Below, piece after piece: positions 1 to 9,440 of a stretch of 64,000 nucleotides of DNA. Source of the DNA: an uncultured Fibrobacterota bacterium (GTDB taxonomy: Bacteria > Fibrobacterota > Chitinivibrionia > Chitinivibrionales > FEN-1185); the NCBI GenBank assembly GCA_963729895.1, contig CAVSQB010000005.1:64001-128000 (forward strand), in the 5' to 3' direction. Position numbers and translations under genes: made by a program. Under the pieces are notes generated by a model that was given only the letters and a program-made list of their open reading frames with translations, was not told the DNA's origin and did no database searches. The stretch's first letter is position 1. Every line of letters begins with the position of its first letter.

Positions 1-594
1 GGTCGGAACGTTCTCATTCTACCGCAATCGCTTGAGAAGACCGGAGAATGGACCAACTCGCTTTCGCTGAATATTACGCGGGAGCAAGTGGAGAAAAGTC
101 CGGACACCGATACCGATATGCCTGTCTCGAGGCAGCATGAGATTGCGGTGAGGCACCATTACGGAGCCGACGTATATTTTTCCTGGGGCGAGGGGTTGAT
201 GGGCAGTCACAATATTGATTTATCGGAATATGCCGCCCCCGAGATGACCCGGAACAAGGATGGAAAGGAATTCGACCCGCATCTCAATTCGTTTCGGGGG
301 GTCATCGGGTTCCAGGTAAGGGCTGCAGACGGCAGGACCGGTCGAGTGCAGGATCTTATCGCCGACACCGACACCTGGGTTGTCCAGTACGTGGTGGTGG
401 GGGCCGGAAACATTTTCGGGACTAAAAAGGTGCTCATAGCGCCCGAATGGGTTTGTGAAATCAATGTGGACGAAACCGCTTTTATGTTGAATGTGCCGAA
501 AATGAGGGTTCACGATTCTCCACGATACGATCCGATGGAATTGGATAAGTGGTCGATCGGCGAACCTGATCTTTCAAAGGCAAACAGGCCGTAA
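1..594 (+). CDS. PRC-barrel domain protein (5' partial)
   Basis: Frame 1 is open from base 1. The G-x-V-x-D-L-I-x-D...W-x-V-x-Y-V-V-V...KKVLIAPEW pattern is typical of tandem PRC-barrel proteins. Confidence 0.8.
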   Translation, partial: GRNVLILPQSLEKTGEWTNSLSLNITREQVEKSPDTDTDMPVSRQHEIAVRHHYGADVYFSWGEGLMGSHNIDLSEYAAPEMTRNKDGKEFDPHLNSFRGVIGFQVRAADGRTGRVQDLIADTDTWVVQYVVVGAGNIFGTKKVLIAPEWVCEINVDETAFMLNVPKMRVHDSPRYDPMELDKWSIGEPDLSKANRP

Positions 595-622
595 AAGCGG
601 GCCGTGGGAATCCCAGAGCCAA

Positions 623-654
623 CGCTAACCCAGGAGATTGCTCCGGGGTTAGCG
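623..654. terminator. GC-rich hairpin downstream of the PRC-barrel gene
   Basis: Imperfect stem cgctaacc-caggag / ctcc-ggggttagcg, about 30 nt after the stop. A T-tract follows near 668. Confidence 0.45.
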
Positions 655-861
655 AGGTGCGATAAGTATTTTTTCTTTCCATAGTGCGCCCGGGTGAAGG
701 AAATTTGCTATCCGCGCCGCATAACCGTTATTTTCTCACATGACGATCCTCGCTTCAAAACCCGCGCAGCCGTCCGGAATCTCTTGATAGTCTTCGGGAC
801 CGCGGGGTATCCGCATGCACTGTTACTTGACAAATAAAATTGTTTGCCGGGAGGAGAAGGT

Positions 862-2892
862 ATGGACGCCAACAATTGTCCGAAAACAAACGGTCTGGCA
901 GCCGGGCGGATTGCACTCCTCGTCATATGCCTTCTTGGCGCTGCGCCGGGTCTTTTGCAAGCGCCCGCAGGAAATCAACACAAGTTCCTGATGGGCAATG
1001 GCGCCCGCGCGTTCGGATCCTGCAAAGCTGCCGAATCCAGGGATTTCTTCAAGGCGGACGTGACAAGGCAAAAAGCAAAGATCGAGAAGGACCTTGGCGA
1101 TGCGGACAGCCTTCTTGCACAGAACAAAATCCGCGACGCGAGGAGCGTGGTTGAGCTTGCCGAATACGAATACAAGCAGGCAAAGAACAATCTTTCCCCG
1201 GAAGAATCGAGTACGATCCGGGGCAAAATCGACAAGACAAGGAATGTCATGGCCTCCAAAGAGGACTTTCTTGTCAAACGAAGCTCGGAAATTCTGCACT
1301 CCCGGGGAGTCGATTCCGCCCTGCAGTATACGCAAAATGACCTGCGCGCCTATGGAGTTTCGGAAGCCAAGATTGGGGCAGCCGAAAAGAAGATTCTCGA
1401 AGAAGCTCCTGCAATCAAACAGGCGCAGGAGCATGAGGCGATTGCCCGGACGCTTAAGGCGCTGGAAAGCGGGCAGTCGCCCGACCCGTCCACCGATCCC
1501 TACATTGTCAGGACTGCACAACGCATTCTCCAGGCCCGCGCCGACAGCGTAAAGAGCGTCCGGGACGCCAAGGCCAGAAAGGAAATGGAGGAGAATGAAC
1601 GCGCCGAGCGCGCGCGCATGGCAAAGGAACAAAAGGAAAAGAAGAAGGAAGATGAGAATCTGGCAAAGGTGAAGGCGGAAGAGGAAAAGAAACGCCAGGC
1701 CGACGAAGATCGGCAAAAACAACTGCTTGCGCAGCAGGAAAAGGCGCATAGAGACAGCGTTGACGCGCAAAAGAAGCTGCAGGAACAGCAGGCGAAGCTC
1801 GAGGAAGATCGTCGCAAGCAGCGGGCGTCGCAAGAAGAGAAGGCACGAAAGGACAGCCTGGAAGCGGTCAAGAAGCAGCAGGAACAGCAGGTAAAGCTCG
1901 ATGAAGATCGGCGCAGGCAGCAGGCGTTGCAGGAAGAAAAGGTGCGAAAGGACAGCCTGGAAGCGGCCCAGAAGCTGCAGCAGCAGGCAAAGACGGAGGA
2001 AGATCGCAAAGAGGCTCAGCATGCACGGGAACGCCAGGCCGGCGTCGAAGCGGACCGCCGGCGGCAAGGCGATCTGCAGCAGGAGAAGCTTCGCAGGGAC
2101 AGCCTGGAAACGGCAAAGAAACAGCAGGAGCGGCAGGCAAGACTTGAGGAAGATCGGCTCAAACAACGAGCGGCCCAGCAGAAAAAGGCCCGTAAAGACA
2201 GCCTGGAAATTGCCAGGAAACAACAGGAGCAACAGGCAAAGATCGAGGAAGATCAGCGAAAACGGCAGGCGGCCCAACAGGAAGAGGCCCGAAAGGACAG
2301 TCTGGAAGCGGCCAAGAAACAGCAATTGGAGGCCAAAACGGACCAGGATCGCAGACGTCAACAGGAGACCCGGAATCTGGCAACGCCCGCCGTTCCGCCG
2401 GAAAAACCGCAGGAGAAAGCGCCGGAGGCTTCGAAATCGGCCCAGGAATACCTTACCGGACTCCGGGACAATCAGAAGAAGGCCCAAGACCTCGTAATGG
2501 CGCTGTACGACATGATGGACCGGAAGCAGACAATCGAAGCTATTGACAAATTCAAACAAGAAAGAAAATTCATAGCCCAATTCGTCGACATCCAGGTTTT
2601 CAACACCTTGGAGCAGGCGATCCTGCAAGTTGCGGTTGAGACGCAGCCGAAGCCGGGTTCGCGGGCTGCATCGGCGGAGGATACCGCGCAGAATCCGAAC
2701 AAAGCACAGTCAAAAGAGCAGGAGGCAATCGATCGTATCAACGGGTTTATCCAGGACAACAAGGTCGAGGCAGCCTATGCAGAATTCAGGCGCGTCGAAA
2801 AGTCTCTCAAGCATTACATGCCGGCCAACGATTTCAAGCAGATGAAGTCGATGGTTGAGAATGCGTACAAGGTGCGCAAGAAAGGCGGATAA
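862..2892 (+). CDS. Exported/membrane-anchored coiled-coil protein with 33-aa repeats (TolA-like charged helix)
   Basis: RBS ggagaagg before ATG 862, hydrophobic N-terminal segment and a long E/K/Q/R-rich repetitive core. Confidence 0.8.
   Translation: MDANNCPKTNGLAAGRIALLVICLLGAAPGLLQAPAGNQHKFLMGNGARAFGSCKAAESRDFFKADVTRQKAKIEKDLGDADSLLAQNKIRDARSVVELAEYEYKQAKNNLSPEESSTIRGKIDKTRNVMASKEDFLVKRSSEILHSRGVDSALQYTQNDLRAYGVSEAKIGAAEKKILEEAPAIKQAQEHEAIARTLKALESGQSPDPSTDPYIVRTAQRILQARADSVKSVRDAKARKEMEENERAERARMAKEQKEKKKEDENLAKVKAEEEKKRQADEDRQKQLLAQQEKAHRDSVDAQKKLQEQQAKLEEDRRKQRASQEEKARKDSLEAVKKQQEQQVKLDEDRRRQQALQEEKVRKDSLEAAQKLQQQAKTEEDRKEAQHARERQAGVEADRRRQGDLQQEKLRRDSLETAKKQQERQARLEEDRLKQRAAQQKKARKDSLEIARKQQEQQAKIEEDQRKRQAAQQEEARKDSLEAAKKQQLEAKTDQDRRRQQETRNLATPAVPPEKPQEKAPEASKSAQEYLTGLRDNQKKAQDLVMALYDMMDRKQTIEAIDKFKQERKFIAQFVDIQVFNTLEQAILQVAVETQPKPGSRAASAEDTAQNPNKAQSKEQEAIDRINGFIQDNKVEAAYAEFRRVEKSLKHYMPANDFKQMKSMVENAYKVRKKGG
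1700..2360 (+). repeat. Six degenerate 99-bp (33-aa) coding repeats
   Basis: DS[LV] codons at 1753, 1852, 1951, 2098, 2197, 2296 (spacing 99, 99, 147, 99, 99). Confidence 0.85.
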
Positions 2893-2943
2893 GTGCCGCC
2901 GGGCCGTGCTGGAATGGTGCACCGGGAAATCGGAAAGGACCTC

Positions 2944-4455
2944 ATGCGGATACGGCTGCTCCTGTTCATTGCGGCTGCATCGCAGGTTTGTTATGCCGGC
3001 TTGTTGCCTTTTTCGCTTGATTCATGCGTGAGGGCATGCATGGCCGCGTGGCAGGTGCCCGGCGCCGCTGTCGCTATTGTAAAGGATGATTCGCTTGTCG
3101 CGTGCAAAGGGTACGGCGTCTGCAGGGTGGGAGAGAAGAAGCCGGTGGACGGCAAAACGGTTTTTGCCATCGGGTCGGCCACCACTGCTTTTACCGCAAC
3201 CACCGTCGGATTACTTGTCAAAGATGGAATGCTTTCGTGGGACGACACGGTTTCGACACGGCTTCCCTCTTTTCGGCTGTTCGATGAGTGCAGCACCCGG
3301 GGCATAACCATACGCGACCTCCTGTGCCATCGGTGCGGGTTTGCCGCTCGAAGCGGGGACCTGCTGTGGTACGGGTCGCAGTACACCGACGATACCATTA
3401 TTTCGCGGCTCCGGTTTCTCAAGCCGGACTTCGGCCTTCGAAGCCGCTTCGGTTACTCAAACCTCATGTACCTGGTTGCGGGCAAGGTTGCCGCCGTAGC
3501 CTCCGGGACCTCATGGAATGCACTTGTCAGGAAGCGACTGCTGGAGCCCCTTGAAATGTCCCGCACGAAAACCTCGGTTCGCGAGCTGTCCGGGCTCCAG
3601 AACGTGGCTGAGCCGCACACCATTGCGTACGGGAAAGTGACCTCCATCACCTACCGCATGCTCGACAACATCGGCGCAGCCGGAGCCATAAACGCATCTG
3701 CCGAAGACCTCGCAAAATGGCTGCGGCTTCAACTGAACTACGGGACCTACAACGGCGCCCGCATCGTGGATTCGGCGGTTATCCGTGAAACAAGAACGCC
3801 GCACATGCTCATGCAGCCGGACCCCGGCTCAAGCAATCTGTTCCCGGCCACCAATTTCAATGCCAGCGGGCTTGGCTGGATGCTGTCGGACTATTATGGG
3901 CGTCTGCTGGTGTACGTGGGCGGGCGGGTTGACGGAATGCAGTGCTTTATGGGGTTTGCGCCCGACGAGCGGCTGGGGATCGTCGTTCTCACCAATCTTG
4001 ACAATCACAAATGCGACCAGGCGGTATTCTATGAAATTATCGACGGGTACCTGGGAATACCGTCGCGCGACTGGAGCGGGCTCTTCACGCTGCAGCGGAG
4101 CGCGGAACAGCGGAAGGTCAACCCGGGCCCGTCGCGAACAATGCAGGAAATTTCGAAACCCGAGCGGTATGTGGGAACCTACCGCAACGACCTGTACGGA
4201 ACGGCCACCGTGTTCCGTTCAGGCAGGGATTGCGTGTTGCACCTGACCGCGCACCCGGGGCTCGAGGGAATTCTCCTTTCTGTCAAAGGTGATACCACGG
4301 CGTGCGCCTGGCGCGACAGGTATTTCGGGTCGAGCTTTCCGGTTTTTGTCTTCGACAGCATGGGAATGGCGCGTGCGTTCTCCCTTCGCGTGCGTGAAGA
4401 CTGGGTTGATCCGCTGGAATACCGTTTTGAGCGGACTGCCGGAACGGGAAGGTAG
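2944..4455 (+). CDS. Beta-lactamase/AmpC-family serine hydrolase with C-terminal DUF3471-like domain, degenerate catalytic motifs
   Basis: Signal peptide, VPGAAVAIVKD, F-x-I-G-S, FGYSN, LEPLEM and Y-x-G-x-Y...YG motifs. Confidence 0.85.
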   Translation: MRIRLLLFIAAASQVCYAGLLPFSLDSCVRACMAAWQVPGAAVAIVKDDSLVACKGYGVCRVGEKKPVDGKTVFAIGSATTAFTATTVGLLVKDGMLSWDDTVSTRLPSFRLFDECSTRGITIRDLLCHRCGFAARSGDLLWYGSQYTDDTIISRLRFLKPDFGLRSRFGYSNLMYLVAGKVAAVASGTSWNALVRKRLLEPLEMSRTKTSVRELSGLQNVAEPHTIAYGKVTSITYRMLDNIGAAGAINASAEDLAKWLRLQLNYGTYNGARIVDSAVIRETRTPHMLMQPDPGSSNLFPATNFNASGLGWMLSDYYGRLLVYVGGRVDGMQCFMGFAPDERLGIVVLTNLDNHKCDQAVFYEIIDGYLGIPSRDWSGLFTLQRSAEQRKVNPGPSRTMQEISKPERYVGTYRNDLYGTATVFRSGRDCVLHLTAHPGLEGILLSVKGDTTACAWRDRYFGSSFPVFVFDSMGMARAFSLRVREDWVDPLEYRFERTAGTGR

Positions 4456-4470
4456 AAGGTCTCGAAAAGA

Positions 4471-4499
4471 AATGCCGCCTTCCATGGAAAGGCGGCATT
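4471..4499. terminator. Bidirectional intrinsic terminator
   Basis: aatgccgcctt / aaggcggcatt stem with A- and T-rich flanks, between convergent genes. Confidence 0.8.
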
Positions 4500-4536
4500 G
4501 ATTTCTTGTCGAAACAACCGGAAAGCCGGTTGCGGG

Positions 4537-5052
4537 TCAGAACGGCAGACCGCCGGACGCGGCTTGCTCGGCACCAGGAGCTTTCTCCGCAGCAGCCGGC
4601 AGGCCGTGAGCATTGTGCAACGATGCCCAGAGCGCTTTCCTGCCTTTCTGGGCATGATCTTCCGATTTGTATCTGAACCACACTTCCCGGCTCTTTTCGT
4701 CCACCGTTTCCAGCGTTACGACAAAGCCGTGTGTGTACGCGCCCAGCGGCTTCTTGAATTGCAAGACGCTGCTGAAAGAAACAACGCGCGAGGGATCCAG
4801 ATATTCAAACCCGTGTTTGAATGCATTCGGCCTGATCGCATCAAGCATTCCGCCCAATGCACCGCGGGACTTTCTAGCGGTTTCTTCATCCTTGTAATGC
4901 GAAAAAACCGCGCCCAACCCAGTGATGATCTTGAACGAATGCGTGCTTCCATTCTGACGCCGGTTTTCAGGAATTTCGGCAACCGAACCGGCATAGATGA
5001 TTCTGGAAACCTGATATGCATTCACACCGTTGGTAAAAATCGCGGAACTCAT
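4537..5052 (-). CDS. Hypothetical protein with a two-fold internal repeat
   Basis: Strong RBS (aaggag) before ATG, ends at the terminator, and has two similar halves. Confidence 0.75.
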   Translation of the reverse strand: MSSAIFTNGVNAYQVSRIIYAGSVAEIPENRRQNGSTHSFKIITGLGAVFSHYKDEETARKSRGALGGMLDAIRPNAFKHGFEYLDPSRVVSFSSVLQFKKPLGAYTHGFVVTLETVDEKSREVWFRYKSEDHAQKGRKALWASLHNAHGLPAAAEKAPGAEQAASGGLPF

Positions 5053-5538
5053 AACACTACTCCTTTGACTGTTTAATTGTTGAAGAAGAACAGTTTATCA
5101 GGTATGAACGAACTCAAGCTTTGGTCCCGGGTTGTCCGTTCGGAAAATAGTATCTCAACTGGCATGCCAGAAATCCCAGAAGATAATAGCTTCCTGTGAA
5201 TCAACACGTTGCGTTTGTCCCATGGACGGAATGTGAAAGAGACGTGGTTGCAGTTTTACGACCATCAAAGTAGCAATACGCAATAAGGCAACCATGTGTA
5301 TGCCTGATAAGGTATGGCCGCGGCCGTTAACTCGGGAAGACATCTTGTACCTGTGAACCGACAAGATGGAAATGCCGGACGGTGAGAGGAGAATCCGCGG
5401 GAACGTCGAATAGGGGGAACGGCGGTGACTATGCCTTGAAAAAATGGCTCATGGGGCAAAGGCCGGCATTAATTTAGTACCCTTCGGCCAATCCGTTATT
5501 CGATTGCAACAATCTCCAAAATTGTGAGGAACGCCGCC

Positions 5539-6855
5539 ATGAAGAACTACATTCTCGACACAACAGTCCTCCTGTACGACGCGCATGCGTTGTTCAATTT
5601 CGAAGAGAACAACGTGATCATTCCCATGACCGTCATCGAAGATATCGATCATTTCAAAAAAGACCTGAACGAAACCGGGAGGAACGCGCGCCAGACATCC
5701 CGTTACCTGGACGGGCTTCGCACGCAGGGGGCGCTCACCAAGGGAGTCAAGCTGAACAACGGCGGCACGTTGTTTGTCTCGCTGAGCGATGCCGAAGCGG
5801 TGAGGCGGATACCTCGTGAATTCCAGGAAAAACCGCGCGACAACTTCATTCTCGCCATAACCCTTGCTGTCAAGGAAAAAGCCGGCGCGATACCGACGGT
5901 GTTTGTGAGCAAGGACATCAATCTGCGGATCAAGGCCGATGCCCTCGGCGTGGTCGTGGAGGACTATGAATCGGACAAGGTCGATATTGAAGAACTTTAT
6001 TCCGGCCAGGCCCGGCTGAGTGCCGATGCGGCGGCGGTGGACTCGTTTCGCGAAAAAGGCGTCTGGGAAACCGGCGAACCGCTGTTACCGAACCAGTATG
6101 TAACCCTTGCCGACGCGGCCGATCCCTCTCATTTTGCGATGGGGCGCTTCGACGCAAAAGAGAAGAAGATCGTCCGCCTCATTTCCGAAGGCAGGGAAGG
6201 AATGTTCCGCATCAAACCGCGGAACGCGGAGCAGCTGTTCACCATGGATGCACTGCTCAACGACGGCATTCAGCTCGTGACGCTTGTGGGCAAGGCGGGC
6301 ACGGGCAAGACGCTCCTGGCGGTTGCGGCAAGCCTCAACAAGACCATAGACGAGAACCTTTTTTCGCGCATCCTCGTATCGCGCCCCACGCTTCCCATGG
6401 GCAAGGATATCGGGTTCCTGCCGGGCACGGTGGAGGAAAAACTTACGCCGTGGATGTATCCCATCATCGACAATGTGGATCTGCTGCTGCGAAGCGAGGC
6501 AAAGGCGCGCAGGCACATCCGGGGATTCAAGGAGCTTATGGACACCGGCATCCTCATCATCGAACCGCTTACCTACATCCGCGGCCGGTCGATTCACAAT
6601 CAGTACCTCATTGTGGACGAGGCGCAGAACCTCACCCCGCACGAGATCAAGACCATCATCACGCGCGTGGGCGACGGAACCAAGATCGTGCTTACCGGAG
6701 ACCCGTACCAAATTGACAATCCGTACATCGATTCGTCGAGCAACGGCCTTACGTATGTGGTGGAGAAATTCAAGAACCAGGAAATCGCGGCGCATGTCAC
6801 GTTGACAAAGGGTGAGAGGTCCGTTCTGTCGGAGCTGGCTGCGAATATATTGTGA
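5539..6855 (+). CDS. PIN-PhoH (PhoH2/YlaK-like) ATPase/RNase
   Basis: N-terminal PIN (YILDTTVLL), Walker A GKAGTGKT, IRGRS, DEAQN, GDPYQID. Confidence 0.93.
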   Translation: MKNYILDTTVLLYDAHALFNFEENNVIIPMTVIEDIDHFKKDLNETGRNARQTSRYLDGLRTQGALTKGVKLNNGGTLFVSLSDAEAVRRIPREFQEKPRDNFILAITLAVKEKAGAIPTVFVSKDINLRIKADALGVVVEDYESDKVDIEELYSGQARLSADAAAVDSFREKGVWETGEPLLPNQYVTLADAADPSHFAMGRFDAKEKKIVRLISEGREGMFRIKPRNAEQLFTMDALLNDGIQLVTLVGKAGTGKTLLAVAASLNKTIDENLFSRILVSRPTLPMGKDIGFLPGTVEEKLTPWMYPIIDNVDLLLRSEAKARRHIRGFKELMDTGILIIEPLTYIRGRSIHNQYLIVDEAQNLTPHEIKTIITRVGDGTKIVLTGDPYQIDNPYIDSSSNGLTYVVEKFKNQEIAAHVTLTKGERSVLSELAANIL

Positions 6856-6913
6856 AGAATTGCCGTCGAGACGAAGAAACTGCGCACAGAGCTCAAGCGG
6901 CGCGAAGGGCGGA

Positions 6914-6941
6914 CGTCATTGCGAGCGCAGCGCGGCAATCT
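6914..6941. repeat. REP-like palindrome
   Basis: cgtcattgcgagcgcagcgcggcaatct resembles the widespread GTCATTGCGAG...GCAATC extragenic palindrome type. Confidence 0.55.
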
Positions 6942-6992
6942 CCGGAAAATTGATCGGTGAGACGAACGAGAGGCCAATCTTTCGCGGATCGT

Positions 6993-7475
6993 TTATTCGC
7001 CCGACCGCAGCACCCTTTCGCAGATTCTCTTGACAGTCGCGTCAAGCCTTTTCTTGCCGCACCACAGTCCCCAGAACAGCGATTCGCCTTCCAGCACCGT
7101 TGCCCCCAACTGCTCAAACATGTCCCGGATATTTTTCTGTGCGCGGTTGCACCCGGACAAGGGTGAGGGAAGCCCGGAGGTAAGGAAGAAAAGTGCCTTT
7201 TTGCCCTTGAGACTCGGCAGCTGTTTGAGCGCGGACGCTATCACGGGCGACGCGTTGAACGCCCATATCGGTCCGCCGAACAGGAGAATATCGAACGGGG
7301 CAACATCGGGAAAATGCTTGAATTCCACGCGACGGGCGCCCATGGTTACTTTTCCGGCAGGACGAAGGAGCTCGACAGCGACGTCTTCTCCCTTTTCGCG
7401 AAACGCGTGGGTTACGGCAAGACCGAGACGCGCGGTGTTACCGGTATGCGAATGGACGAACACGCCGATCTTCAT
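6993..7475 (-). CDS. Flavodoxin-like protein
   Basis: HSHTGNT FMN-binding loop, LLFGGPIW, GKKALFFLT. Confidence 0.85.
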   Translation of the reverse strand: MKIGVFVHSHTGNTARLGLAVTHAFREKGEDVAVELLRPAGKVTMGARRVEFKHFPDVAPFDILLFGGPIWAFNASPVIASALKQLPSLKGKKALFFLTSGLPSPLSGCNRAQKNIRDMFEQLGATVLEGESLFWGLWCGKKRLDATVKRICERVLRSGE

Positions 7476-7655
7476 TACCGTCTCTTTGGGGGACCTCTCA
7501 ATATTCCTTTTCCGTTGCGGCTGGCTGCGAGCGGCATCAACTTTGTTGCTCCTCCTCGCCGTAGCGCCCATGGCCACGCCTCGTCGGAGCGCCTCGTCGC
7601 TGCTCTCTCTCGCTCAGCCTCACTTGAAAAATGAATAATTAGAGGTCCCCTTTGC

Positions 7656-9122
7656 TCATTTGAGGCGAAACAGTGAGTCCGGAACATTCACTGCAACGCA
7701 GGGTTTCTTCGACCGAAGCGAGAATCCGGCAATCGTATCCGCCTTGAAAACCGCTGCCGTGTCGCCGACCACGGTGTAGGTGATGGCGGCGGGGTCGAGG
7801 TACTTTTTTGCCACGGCGAGAATTTCAGCTTTTGTCAAGGCGTTCACCTTGTCTGGATATGCGGCAAAGTGGCCGGCCGGCCGGCCGAGATATTCGTTGT
7901 CCGCGTAGTTCTCCACAATATCAGCCGGGGATCGGAACATCGACGGCAGGCCGTCGATCAGCACTTTCTTGGCGTGAGCAAGCTCCTCGTCGGTTATGCC
8001 CGCCTCCCGTATCCGCAGGACTTCTGCGAGCGACAACGACAGTGCGCGGCTCGCGGTTTCATTCTTTGTGTGGAACTCGATGAAGAACGTCGCCGGATAC
8101 GTGTAATTTGATTCTGCGGCGGAAAAGATCGTGTAGGCGAGCCCTTCGTCGGAACGTACCTTGCTGCCGAGGCGCGAAGTAAACCCTTCGCCGCCGAGCA
8201 CGAGATTGAGAACCTGGACCGCGTAGAAATCATCGTTCGGCCGTTTGAAAAGAGGCAGCCCCATCCGGATGTAGCTTTGACTGATCGGTCTGTTGACAAG
8301 GACGGATCGCGCCAGCGGCTTTATGCCGATGGCCGGAAAAACCGCAATGTTCGGTGAGGCCCCGGCCTTTGGAAACAGGGCTGCCAGTTTGCGGGCAATG
8401 GTTGCGGCGGAAAAATTGCCGGCGACCGCCACGAGCATGTTCTCGGTCTTGAATATGCTTTTGTGAAGGGATACAAGGTCGTTTCCGGTGATGCTTCCGA
8501 CGGTGCGGGCCGTTGGAAGCAGGCTGTTTTGGCCGTCTTTGTACATGGCCTTCTCGTAGGTCGCGTCAAGCGTCGGGTCCGGATTGTCGAACCTGTGTGC
8601 AATCGATTCAAGAAAGTTGGACGTTTGCTTCTTCACTTTCTTTGGTTCGAACGCCGGATGAAAAAGCACTTGGGAAAGAATATACAAACAGGTATCCGTA
8701 TAGTCGGAAAGGCACGAGCAGGTAAACGACATCCTGGTCTCGGATGCGGAAACGGACACATGCATGGCATACAGATCGATAATGGCGTCGAGGGTATCCG
8801 ACTGGTATGCGGCGGTCCCGCCCGCGCGCATGGCGCTTGCCATGAGCGACGACAGTCCCTCCTTGCCGGGCGGATCGCAGATTGTGCCGTACCGCAGAAT
8901 GCCCGAGAGCCTGAAGTAGGGCAGGGTATGGTCCTCGGCGATATAGGCGATGAGTCCGTTGTCAAGCACTTGGCGGTACGGGGCGCCGAGCGGCACCTTC
9001 CAGTCAAGGGGCGGATAATGGATCTTGGAAGGGAGATCAGGCACTTGCGCGGTTGCGGCTGCCGTGCACAGGGCCGTCGCGGCCAGGATCGAGAAAACGG
9101 GCACTCTTGATAGTTTCAACAT
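7656..9122 (-). CDS. M16 (pitrilysin) family peptidase, non-catalytic subunit
   Basis: LDNGL, LGGEGFTSRL and VRSDEGLAY (R/Y pair). No HxxEH. Signal peptide present. Confidence 0.9.
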   Translation of the reverse strand: MLKLSRVPVFSILAATALCTAAATAQVPDLPSKIHYPPLDWKVPLGAPYRQVLDNGLIAYIAEDHTLPYFRLSGILRYGTICDPPGKEGLSSLMASAMRAGGTAAYQSDTLDAIIDLYAMHVSVSASETRMSFTCSCLSDYTDTCLYILSQVLFHPAFEPKKVKKQTSNFLESIAHRFDNPDPTLDATYEKAMYKDGQNSLLPTARTVGSITGNDLVSLHKSIFKTENMLVAVAGNFSAATIARKLAALFPKAGASPNIAVFPAIGIKPLARSVLVNRPISQSYIRMGLPLFKRPNDDFYAVQVLNLVLGGEGFTSRLGSKVRSDEGLAYTIFSAAESNYTYPATFFIEFHTKNETASRALSLSLAEVLRIREAGITDEELAHAKKVLIDGLPSMFRSPADIVENYADNEYLGRPAGHFAAYPDKVNALTKAEILAVAKKYLDPAAITYTVVGDTAAVFKADTIAGFSLRSKKPCVAVNVPDSLFRLK

Positions 9123-9191
9123 CGATTACAGTACCTTTATAGGCTGAATGTTTAATCGGCGGATTGTTTGTATCGTGTCCTGTTAAACAGA

Positions 9192-9422
9192 GCCCCCCTA
9201 AAAATCCCCCCGAAGGGGGGACATAGTGGAACAAATTTCACTATAAGTCCCTCTTCGGGATTCGGCCCGCCCAACAGGAAGGGCGGAAAGCCGTTAGGGG
9301 GCCTACGAGACAAAAAGCTTGACAGGTACATCTGTTGAGATTTTCCCCGGACACTACTGATATTGTTTGATGTTTTAGGTGGCCTCTGTTCAACATTCCC
9401 CTAACCCCCTCAGGGGGCACCA
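9192..9422. repeat. REP/REPIN-like C/G-tract palindromes
   Basis: cccccctaaaaatcccccc-gaag-ggggggac, aagtccctcttcggga...ttaggggg and cccctaaccccctcaggggg. Confidence 0.55.
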
Positions 9423-9440
9423 GCCTTGAATAAGCTCTCA

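Noticed and set aside
823..2628. 601-aa minus-strand Leu/Phe-rich ORF
   Set aside because: Antisense shadow of the E/K/Q-rich repeat gene.
5156..5170. Sigma-54 motif upstream of the 171-aa gene
   Set aside because: The -12 element reads TTGA rather than TTGC.
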